A stretch of 64,000 nucleotides of DNA, from the NCBI GenBank assembly GCA_963807635.1, contig CAWEDJ010000007.1, forward strand, positions 1-64,000, read 5' to 3'. The stretch comes from an uncultured cyanobacterium. GTDB taxonomy: Bacteria; Cyanobacteriota; Cyanobacteriia; Cyanobacteriales; Microcystaceae. Below are positions 53,268-61,927 of this stretch, piece by piece (the first letter of the stretch is position 1; the number at the start of each line of letters is the position of its first letter). The position numbers were made by a program, and so were the translations under genes. Under the pieces are notes generated by a model. The model saw only the letters and a program-made list of their open reading frames with translations. It was not told where the DNA came from and made no database searches.

Positions 53268-55853
53268 TTAGGGCTTGATAAATTGTTCCTGTAGTAACTG
53301 AGTCATCTCTTTCACCTTGAGAGGACGACCGAGCAGATAGCCTTGTCCTTCTTCGCACTGGAGATGACGCACAATATTGAGTTGATAGTCGTTTTCAATG
53401 CCTTCAGCTACAATTCGCAGGTTAAATCCCCTACCCATCGCTAAAATAGCAGAAATCACAGCCAAATCGTGGGAATCATTGCGTAAATCCCGAATGAAGT
53501 TTTGGTCTATTTTTAAGGTATTGAGGGGAAAATATTTGAGGGAACCGAGGGCAGAAGAACCTGTCCCAAAATCATCTAACGCGATCCTAACGCCCAAAGA
53601 TTTGATATCTTCTAAAGTTTTCTTCGCTTTGGCGGGAGCGACTCTCAGGGTGGCTTCGGTCACTTCAATTTCTAACCAGTGGGGATCAAGACCTGTTTCG
53701 GTCAAAACCTGAGCGATGGTTTCCACTAAACGAGGATGGTGAAATTCTTTACTGGAAAAATTAACGGTAATGGGGAAAGGGGGGAGTCCCTCTTTTTGCC
53801 AAGCTAAATTTTGTTCACAGGCAGTTTGTAAAACCCATTTTCCAATTTGAAAAATAAGATCGGTTTTAGCGGCTAGGGGAATAAATTTGGTGGGGGGAAT
53901 GAAACCGACTTCAGGATTTTCCCAGCGTAGGAGAGCTTCCATGCCCGTGATGGTTTGGGTTTTGAAATTTATCTGGGGCTGGTAGTGCAAGGAAAGTTGT
54001 TTTCGTGCGATCGCCTGATCGAGTAAATTTTCTAGACGAAGCAGTAGAGTGGCTTCTGCCCCCAGCTTGGGATCATAGAATTGATAATGATTGCGTCCTC
54101 CGATTTTCGTGCGATGGAGAGCGGTATCTGCATTTTTGAGGAGGGTTTCTGGATTTTCTCCATCCTGGGGATAGACGGCAATCCCGATACTACTTTTGAG
54201 ATGAAACTCATAGGCATCGATCGCAATAGGATGGCTTAGTTTTTCAAACAAACGTTGGGTTAATTTGACGGCATCATCGGTATTTCTGATTTGGGGAAGC
54301 AGGACACAAAATTGGTCTCCACCCCAACGGCATAAAACATCTTCGGAACGAATACAACCCTGGATTTGTTGCCCAAAGGCTTTTAATGCGCGATCGCCCA
54401 CGCGATGACCCAGACTATTATTGATATTTTTAAAGGAATCCAGATTAAAAAACAGGACAGCGAATAAATGTTGATGGTGTCTGGCATGATCCAACGCGAT
54501 CGCTAACTTTTGCTCAAAGAATTGACGATTGGGCAGCCCCGTAATGGGATCATGTAACACTTGAAACTGTAACGCTTCCTCAACTTCTTTTTGAGACCCT
54601 AAATCCTGAACCACCAGACCATAGATTGCCCCATCTTGTAAAACATGACGAGTCAACTTCACTGAAACCTTAACAGAGGAGCCATCGGCCTTGCGTTGTA
54701 GGCATTCTTTGATGATGAAGACTGGTGTTTCGGCGATCGCTTCCAGATATTCATCAACCGCCCTGGGGGTTTCCGTAAACACCTGATAGACGGTGAGTTT
54801 TAAAAGTTCATCCTGTTCGTAGCCCAATAATTGGCAATAGCTGAGATTCGTTTCTAGGATTTTTTTTGTGTCTCCCTCCACCCAGAGAATGCCCTCCGTC
54901 GTGAGTTGCTGATAGAGATGGTAATTTTGTTGGGCAACTTGAGCCGTTAAACTGGCTTTTTTGTGTTCAGTGATATCAAAAATATAGGAATAAATTCTTT
55001 TTTTGTTTGAAAAATAATAAATATTCTGCTCATAAATCTTGTTATTAATCACAACTTCTCGCACAAAAGATGAACCTTCTTCTGGGGGAGAAAGGGTCAC
55101 TAATCCATCGACTAGGGGATGACCGACCTTCGCCGTTTCCAGTTCAGGAAATTGAGTCGTTGTAGCCGCGTTCAGATAGGAAATTTTGCCATCAAAGGTT
55201 AACTCAAAAATTGCCTGAGGACTATGTTCAACCAGCGTCGAGTCAGGAACCAAGGTACTGCGATCAATACTACGAGGACGAGAAGTCTTACTGGGGCTGT
55301 CATTGTGATAGAGGATCGCAGTCGAAAAGGACGAATCTTCCGACGAAATCTCTTCCTTATCAAAGGCATCAGGAAAAGTTTCTGCACTTTTCGTTGCATA
55401 ATCCCTGGAAGTAAATTCATGACGAGAATCATTAACCGTCGCAAAATCCAACTGTTCCTGAACGGGAGAAAGATCGGTATAGGAAGACTCTGTTCCCGAT
55501 TCCGTCGATTGAGCAATTACCTGATAACTAACCTGGGATTTACTCCCAAAGCGAACAACATCTCCATTCTTCAATTCATGGGTTAGACACGGATTCCCAT
55601 TGACCGTAATACCGTTCGTACTGCGCTTGCCCTGCAAGTTACCATCTATAACGCGATAAAAATAATCCTGACTTTGATAATCATTCACTCTTACCAAGGT
55701 GGCATGGTGACGAGACACCTGGCGATCGTAGAGAATAACCGTACTATTAGGGTCTCGGCCAATCGTGTAGGTGTTTTCATTGAGCGAAACTATGCGACGA
55801 GACTTTTGATCTTCAATTACCAAGACATGGCGAAATTCAGCAGGATTTTTCAT
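53268..55853 (-). CDS. FHA-PAS-PAS-GGDEF-EAL c-di-GMP signalling protein
   Basis: IGRDP/VSRHHA/STNG (FHA), GGDQF, EALLRW, DDFGTG. Confidence 0.92.
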   Translation of the reverse strand: MKNPAEFRHVLVIEDQKSRRIVSLNENTYTIGRDPNSTVILYDRQVSRHHATLVRVNDYQSQDYFYRVIDGNLQGKRSTNGITVNGNPCLTHELKNGDVVRFGSKSQVSYQVIAQSTESGTESSYTDLSPVQEQLDFATVNDSRHEFTSRDYATKSAETFPDAFDKEEISSEDSSFSTAILYHNDSPSKTSRPRSIDRSTLVPDSTLVEHSPQAIFELTFDGKISYLNAATTTQFPELETAKVGHPLVDGLVTLSPPEEGSSFVREVVINNKIYEQNIYYFSNKKRIYSYIFDITEHKKASLTAQVAQQNYHLYQQLTTEGILWVEGDTKKILETNLSYCQLLGYEQDELLKLTVYQVFTETPRAVDEYLEAIAETPVFIIKECLQRKADGSSVKVSVKLTRHVLQDGAIYGLVVQDLGSQKEVEEALQFQVLHDPITGLPNRQFFEQKLAIALDHARHHQHLFAVLFFNLDSFKNINNSLGHRVGDRALKAFGQQIQGCIRSEDVLCRWGGDQFCVLLPQIRNTDDAVKLTQRLFEKLSHPIAIDAYEFHLKSSIGIAVYPQDGENPETLLKNADTALHRTKIGGRNHYQFYDPKLGAEATLLLRLENLLDQAIARKQLSLHYQPQINFKTQTITGMEALLRWENPEVGFIPPTKFIPLAAKTDLIFQIGKWVLQTACEQNLAWQKEGLPPFPITVNFSSKEFHHPRLVETIAQVLTETGLDPHWLEIEVTEATLRVAPAKAKKTLEDIKSLGVRIALDDFGTGSSALGSLKYFPLNTLKIDQNFIRDLRNDSHDLAVISAILAMGRGFNLRIVAEGIENDYQLNIVRHLQCEEGQGYLLGRPLKVKEMTQLLQEQFIKP

Positions 55854-56686
55854 CTTGGATGCTCAGTCAGAGTGGAAGGCAGAATTTAATATTTAATCAT
55901 AGTTTTCCCAGATTGTCCCAAAAACTTAACAATCCTTAGAAGAAATCAAGAATCTAGAAAAGCTGATGATGGTGCGATCATCCCATAGCAGGTAAGAGAA
56001 AAACAAAAAAAATCCTTTGACGAGAGAACAATTTAAAGATCGAGGATTCGTGAGTATGGACAATGCAGTAAGTTTGTAAATTTTTATACTGTTTGTCAAT
56101 GCTCCAATGTTTAAATGGCCAAGAGCGTCAATATCACTTTAAAATAAATAATATTCTATAGGCGATGATCTGTATAGAGGATTGGACAAAGAAAATTGAA
56201 GAAGAAATTTTTCCTTCCAGTTATCTTGCTGATGGACTAAGATTTCATCCTTAGAAGCGAATCTTATCTCTATTGGCAGATCCCTTATGGTTACAATGAG
56301 CGCAGTCTATGTTAAGTCCGTCTAATCGGGATAATTTTATTGTTAGAAAAATTCAATTTTATCTATCCTATGAAGTTTTAAAAAATGAGTAATGTTTTTG
56401 TATTTCTTGATTATTTTTAAAATAATGAAAATAAAATTTTAAATAAAGTTTTTTGAAAGATTTTATTTCTATTTTAGTGATTTTAGTTTTATCTTGAGAA
56501 CAAGCTGCGTTGTGAGGAAGAACAAATATTAAAAAAAACATGATATATTATATCCTTATCCTACAAAAATTTTAACCACGAATGACCGTGTCATTCAGTA
56601 AGCTTTTTGTTTTTTTCTTTATGTCATGATCTAAGCAAAGCTTGTGATTTTTAAAACTAAAATTTTCTTCTCGAAGGATATTAATA

Positions 56687-57799
56687 ATGCTAGATTTTTT
56701 CAAAAAACTTCCTCCCTGGTTACGATTAGGATTAATTTTTCCCCTCGCCTTTCTCAATGGATGGTTGATTTTCACTTTACTCAGTTATTTTCAACCCCTG
56801 AGCAGTATTTTTGTGGCATCGGCACTTTTGGCATTTCTATTAGATTTACCCGTGAGAATTTTAGTAAACCGAGGTGTAAAAAGAGGTTGGGCTATTTCAT
56901 CTGTGTTTTTGTTGGCAATATTGGTGACAGCGATCGCCTTATTCATTTTAATTCCCTTAGTGATTGGGCAATTAACAGAATTAATTACAAGTTTACCCCA
57001 ATGGCTCAAATCAGGAAATGAACAATTAACCAGCCTCCATGAATGGACAACTTCCCATAAACTGCTCGTCGATATTGATTTTAGTCAATTTATTAATCAG
57101 GCAGTCGAAAAATTAACCAGTCTTCTCAACTCCGTTGGCAATCAATTATTTAATGTGGTCGGTGTTACCATTAGTACGATTTTTAATGGACTTATTATCT
57201 TAGTGTTAACTGTATTTTTAGTATTGTCAGGAGAACAGGTTTGGGAGGGAATCTTAAGCTGGATTCCCCACCCTTGGAATAATCAATTAAGAGAATCTAT
57301 TCGGATAACTTTTGAGCGATATTTTGCTACCCAAGCGATGTTAGCAGGGATTTTAAGTCTGGCTCAGATCATTGTTTTTAGTGTTTTACAAGTTCCCTAC
57401 GCTATTCTGTTCGCCGTTACGATTGGACTCACTACCTTGATTCCCTATGCCAGTGGAGTCAGTATTATTACCATTAGTTTTTTACTAATGTTACAGAATT
57501 TTTGGCTGGGAACTAAGGTTTTGATTGCGGCTATTATTGTCGGTCAAATTAATGACAATATTATCTCGCCTCGTTTGATGGGAAACATGACAGGACTCAA
57601 TCCTGTTTGGATTATTGTCGCTTTGTTTGTGGGCGGAAAATTAGGAGGCATTCTGGGTTTATTGTTAGCCGTTCCCCTCGCTAGTGTCATCAAATCTACG
57701 GTCAACAGTTTACGCAATAGCGCCCGAGAAATATCCCAACCCCTAGTAATTGAAGAAATTAACCAAGAAACCGAAAATCCCTTGGTGAATCAAGACTAG
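56687..57799 (+). CDS. AI-2E family transporter
   Basis: Multi-TM; IPY, PRLMG, GLLLAVP. Confidence 0.9.
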   Translation: MLDFFKKLPPWLRLGLIFPLAFLNGWLIFTLLSYFQPLSSIFVASALLAFLLDLPVRILVNRGVKRGWAISSVFLLAILVTAIALFILIPLVIGQLTELITSLPQWLKSGNEQLTSLHEWTTSHKLLVDIDFSQFINQAVEKLTSLLNSVGNQLFNVVGVTISTIFNGLIILVLTVFLVLSGEQVWEGILSWIPHPWNNQLRESIRITFERYFATQAMLAGILSLAQIIVFSVLQVPYAILFAVTIGLTTLIPYASGVSIITISFLLMLQNFWLGTKVLIAAIIVGQINDNIISPRLMGNMTGLNPVWIIVALFVGGKLGGILGLLLAVPLASVIKSTVNSLRNSAREISQPLVIEEINQETENPLVNQD

Positions 57800-57810
57800 A
57801 ATAAAACGGA

Positions 57811-58428
57811 TTAACTAGAACGACGCATCTGTTTCCGCACAATCCAGAGAATAAAGAAAATGACGATAATCGCCAAAACAATTTTGGAAACTGGCCCTAA
57901 ATATTCATCCACTAATTCATAGTTGTCACCTAATTTATAACCCAAAAAAGTTAAAAAAGTGACCCAAATAGTGGTTCCCAAGGTACTGTAAAGCGTAAAG
58001 GGGATCAGAGGCATATTATTAATTCCTGCGGGTAAGGAAATGAGGGTTCTGACGCCTGGAACTAAACGACAAAAGAAAACTGCTTTACCACCATGTTCAT
58101 TGAACCAATTGTTGGCTTTTTTAATATCTTTTGAAGTTACACTAATCCATTTTCCATATTTATCCGCCAAATGTTCCAAACGTTCTTCACTAATAAATTT
58201 ACCAATGTAATACCAGGGAAACGCCCCTACAATGGTTCCCACAACCCCAGCGATAATGACCAGAATAAAATCCATCTGTCCCTTGGCAACGGTGAAGCCC
58301 GCTAGAGGCATGATTAATTCGGAGGGAATGGGCGGAAAAAGATTTTCTAAAAACATTAATAAGCCAATTCCCCAATATCCAAGTTGATTCATGACATTGG
58401 GAATCCATTCTGCTAGCCATTGAGACAT
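57811..58428 (-). CDS. DedA family protein
   Basis: ENLFPPIPSE, RLVPGVRTLISLPAG. Confidence 0.92.
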   Translation of the reverse strand: MSQWLAEWIPNVMNQLGYWGIGLLMFLENLFPPIPSELIMPLAGFTVAKGQMDFILVIIAGVVGTIVGAFPWYYIGKFISEERLEHLADKYGKWISVTSKDIKKANNWFNEHGGKAVFFCRLVPGVRTLISLPAGINNMPLIPFTLYSTLGTTIWVTFLTFLGYKLGDNYELVDEYLGPVSKIVLAIIVIFFILWIVRKQMRRSS

Positions 58429-58647
58429 TGTTATACTCTTTTTTAAGATTGGTCAGGAAGATTATAACAGCAATGGTGATTTCTGGATGAATTAGTTAAA
58501 ATTCTTGTTTAAAGTTGGAGATGATTTGATAAAATAAAACTTGTTCTAACGTTAAAATCCCTTAAAGTAATTTCTGCAATAAATGATTAGGGACTATTGG
58601 AAAAAGATTAATCTGAAAATCATAATTTTTTTAAGGATAGAGCAGAC

Positions 58648-60122
58648 GTGACAATCAAAAATATGAATTTTGTCAAGAGTAAGATGGTTTCAATAACAGA
58701 TTTTATTAAACATTACTGTCTCATTTGTTTAATTAGTTTTAGTATCTTAATTTTATTAATATCCAGTAGTTTAAAACATATATTATATCAATCTACTGCT
58801 TGGGATTTGGGAATTTTTGATCAAGCTATTTTTTTGATTAGCCAAAATACACCTCCCCTTTCTTCCTTTTTAGGTATCCATATTTTAGGGGATCATGCCG
58901 CTTTAATTTTCTATCCCCTAGCTATTTTATATAAACTTTATCCCAGTGTTTATTGGTTATTTGGGGTTCAGGCGATCGCCCTTTCCCTGGAGCTTTTTTC
59001 CTCTATCAATTAGCTAAACAGTCTGAGTTAAAGGAAGCTTTAGCATTAACCCTTAGTGGTGTTTATTTATTGTATCCTTTAATTTTTAATGTTAATTTAT
59101 TTGATTTTCATACTGATGTAATTGCTTTGTCTGGCATTCTTTACGCGGTTGTTGCCGTTCGTCGTCACAATCTGTTCGGATTTATCGTTGCATTAATTTT
59201 AATTAGTAGTTCTAAAGGAATTTTAGGCATCACGATCGCGGCGATGGGATTGTGGTTAATCCTAGAAAAAGAAAGACTGTATGGGGCGATCGCGTTAATC
59301 TTCGGCAGTAGTTGGTTTTTGATTGCCAGCAAAATGATTATCCCCTATTTTACCCATAATACTAATTCCATTGATCGCCATCTTTCCCGTTATAGTTACC
59401 TGGGAGATTCCTATTTAGCGATTTTAAAAAATTTATTTCTCAATCCCCTATTAATTTTAGGAGGACTCTTTAATGGAACAAATTTTGGCTACTTACTCTT
59501 ACTTTTAATTCCTCTGCTCTGGGGACTCATACTCCGTCGAAAGGCTCTTTTTCAAATCAAGACCTGGTATTGTTTTTTACCCTTAATTGCCGCCCTACCC
59601 ACATTACTGATGAATTTGTTAGCCAATGATCCAAGTCAAAAGGATTTATTACATCAATATTCCCTACCTATTTTACCTTTTTTATTATTGATCATTATTA
59701 ATTTACTGAAGGAAGAAAAAACGTTGCTACGTCGCCCCCGTTGGATCATTCTTTGGTCACTGGTGACTTTTTTCGCCCTGGCCAAAGTGGGTTATTTTAC
59801 CTCTCGTTATTTAAGCTCTCTCGATACCTGGCAAGCCACCAATAACGCGATCGCCCAAATCAAAACCCAGGGAGGGGTATTCACTTCCGCAGAAATTGCG
59901 CCCCATCTGACCCATCGTCCTCTAGTGAAACTGACAACGAATGGATCGGAATCCTTAGAGTTAAATCAATTTGACTATATTCTATTAAATCTACGCCATC
60001 CTGGTTGGGAGAGTTCGCCAGAATTGCTTAATCAATTTCGAGAAAAAGTTGAAAAAAATTCTGATTTTCAATTGTCTTATCAAAAAGATGATGTCATGTT
60101 ATTTTCAAAAAAGACAATCTAA
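58648..60122 (+). CDS. DUF2079 membrane protein (GT-C-like), apparent frameshift near 58990
   Basis: WDLGIFDQ, HILGDH, NLFDFH, HQYS. Confidence 0.85.
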
Positions 60123-60236
60123 GGAATGAAAAATAAATAACCTGTGCTTTTATCTGTGATGAAAACATTTTACAAAGAACTCTTGTTCTTGATTATTGAG
60201 ATTATAGGTTCTTATCCCCCCGATTAATCCCTGTTT

Positions 60237-60336
60237 TGTAGGGGCTTAACACTGTTAAGCCCTTTTATTCGTCTACCAAGCAATACATTGTCTGTTGACC
60301 CTTAAGATTAAGGACATAATGGTATTATGTCCCTAC
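60237..60336. repeat. Inverted pair of GTAG-type REP-like palindromes
   Basis: TGTAGGGGCTTAACACTGTTAAGCCC ... GGACATAATGGTATTATGTCCCTACA. Confidence 0.6.
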
Positions 60337-60464
60337 AGAAATCGAGATCTTGAATGCACAACGTATTAAATCCTTGTTCCTTAAAAAAAGCGATCGCCTC
60401 TAATCGCCTCTAGGTGATTTTTTACCAACTGAAGACCATCAAGCCTCACAGAAAAAAATACACA

Positions 60465-60498
60465 ATAAAACTCGGTCTCCCATCAAAAGAAACCGAGT
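60465..60498 (-). terminator. Rho-independent terminator after rplT
   Basis: ACTCGGTTTC-loop-GAGACCGAGT followed by TTTATT. Confidence 0.6.
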
Positions 60499-60525
60499 CC
60501 TATGTCTAACCAACATTATCAGTCA

Positions 60526-60879
60526 TTATTCAGCGTTAACTGCTACCTTGACCACTTCGGAAAAAGCCTGGGGATCTAAAATCGCCAATTGAGCTAACAT
60601 TTTTCGGTTTAGTTCAATATTTGCTTTTTTCAGTTGTCCCGTTAACTTGCTATAGCTTAAACCTTCTGTTCTCGCGGCGGCATTAACACGGGTAATCCAC
60701 AGACGACGAAAATCGCGTTTCCGTTTGCGGCGATCGCGGTAGGAATTGCGGAGTGCCTTCATCACCTGCTGATTAGCAGTACGGAAAAGCTTAGAGTGGG
60801 AACCTCTAAAGCCTTTGGCTAATTTAAGAACTTTTTTGCGGCGTTTACGAGCAACATTACCGCGCTTTACTCTGGTCAT
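60526..60879 (-). CDS. rplT: 50S ribosomal protein L20
   Basis: [22 protein letters not shown]. Confidence 0.99.
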   Translation of the reverse strand: MTRVKRGNVARKRRKKVLKLAKGFRGSHSKLFRTANQQVMKALRNSYRDRRKRKRDFRRLWITRVNAAARTEGLSYSKLTGQLKKANIELNRKMLAQLAILDPQAFSEVVKVAVNAE

Positions 60880-60914
60880 AATGAATCTCTAGGGTTTAAT
60901 GAATCTGTCACACT

Positions 60915-61118
60915 TTACATATAAGGCATCATCAAACGAACCGCTTTTTCGTCCGTTTCATGAACCAAAGCAGAATTGGATAAACGTCTCCGTCTCTGTT
61001 CAGCACTCTTATGTTCTAATAAGTGATTTTTAAAAGCTTTACGACGGACAATCTTGGTTCCGCTCCCCGTAGGACGAAAACGCTTTGCCGCGGCCTTACG
61101 AGTTTTTAATTTAGGCAT
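60915..61118 (-). CDS. rpmI: 50S ribosomal protein L35
   Basis: [14 protein letters not shown]. Confidence 0.99.
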   Translation of the reverse strand: MPKLKTRKAAAKRFRPTGSGTKIVRRKAFKNHLLEHKSAEQRRRRLSNSALVHETDEKAVRLMMPYM

Positions 61119-61196
61119 AAAGGTTTAAGAAGTTTAATTAGACACAATTTCTTATTCTATCATCAGAGTTTTCGATCTTGCAAATATTTAATCCAT

Positions 61197-61234
61197 AAAA
61201 AAAAGGAGAGACCGTGACTTGACGGTTTCACTCC
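61197..61234 (-). terminator. Rho-independent terminator after pirA
   Basis: GGAGTGAAACCGTC-loop-ACGGTCTCTCC followed by a T tract. Confidence 0.7.
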
Positions 61235-61273
61235 TATCTATTCTCACCTTACAGACGATATATTTTGCGGAAA

Positions 61274-61435
61274 TTATTGTAAATGCAAGTAAGCGGCTTC
61301 TGCTTCTAATTGATGAATCAAGGACTCGTTACCTGATGCTCTGGCCCGTTCTAGACGATTTTGCAGATTTTTCCGCAACGACTCTTGATGCGCGATCGCT
61401 GCGTTTGTTAGGACTTGTTGACGATTTTTGTTCAC
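61274..61435 (-). CDS. pirA: PII-interacting regulator of arginine synthesis (Ssr0692 homologue), 53 aa
   Basis: GGAGG RBS, GTG start; MNKNRQQVLTNAAIAHQESLRKNLQNRLERARASGNESLIHQLEAEAAYLHLQ; not in ORF track. Confidence 0.8.
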   Translation of the reverse strand: MNKNRQQVLTNAAIAHQESLRKNLQNRLERARASGNESLIHQLEAEAAYLHLQ

Positions 61436-61512
61436 AGTGAACACCTCCGATGAATAATCTATGATTGCTATATTCTCAAGTTAACACAGAATCCTCATCA
61501 TTACCGACAACG

Positions 61513-61526
61513 GTATATTTTGTTAC
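61513..61526. promoter_or_regulatory. NtcA-binding site upstream of pirA
   Basis: GTA-TATTTTGT-TAC matches GTA-N8-TAC exactly. Confidence 0.7.
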
Positions 61527-61678
61527 TGAAATTAATATTATGTGTTTAATGCGCCTAGTGCGGGATCACTGGAGATAGGAAAGGGATAAACAAATAGGAA
61601 CAGGATAAAAAACAAAAACACGCCGTACCATGCTCCTGAGAGACAAAAATAGGGTCGTGTTCTATTTGGGTAAAAAGA

Positions 61679-61759
61679 TGCGGATGACGAGACTCGAACT
61701 CGTAAGGCAAAGCCACACGCCCCTCAAACGTGCGCGTATACCAATTCCGCCACATCCGC
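61679..61759 (-). tRNA. trnL: tRNA-Leu(GAG)
   Basis: GCGGATG acceptor stem, D loop GGAATTGGTA, anticodon loop TTGAGGG, long variable arm, GTTCGAG T loop. Confidence 0.95.
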
Positions 61760-61927
61760 TTTAAAGCAGAATCTAGCTTAACATGGTCTGAAGCCAAAAT
61801 ACAAGGGGGGTTTCTGATAACTTGTCGGCGATCGCGTCTTTTCCCCATGAGCGGGCCAACATCGAATCAAAAAAACGGTGTAATGGAGTTGGAGCGATTG
61901 TGTGATAATTATATTTTTTAGGTTATT

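Noticed and set aside
61205..61440. 6S RNA or the plus-strand 73-aa ORF
   Set aside because: Better explained by minus-strand pirA with its RBS and terminator
61555..61921. ORFs 61555-61848 and 61730-61921
   Set aside because: They overlap tRNA-Leu and show no protein-like features
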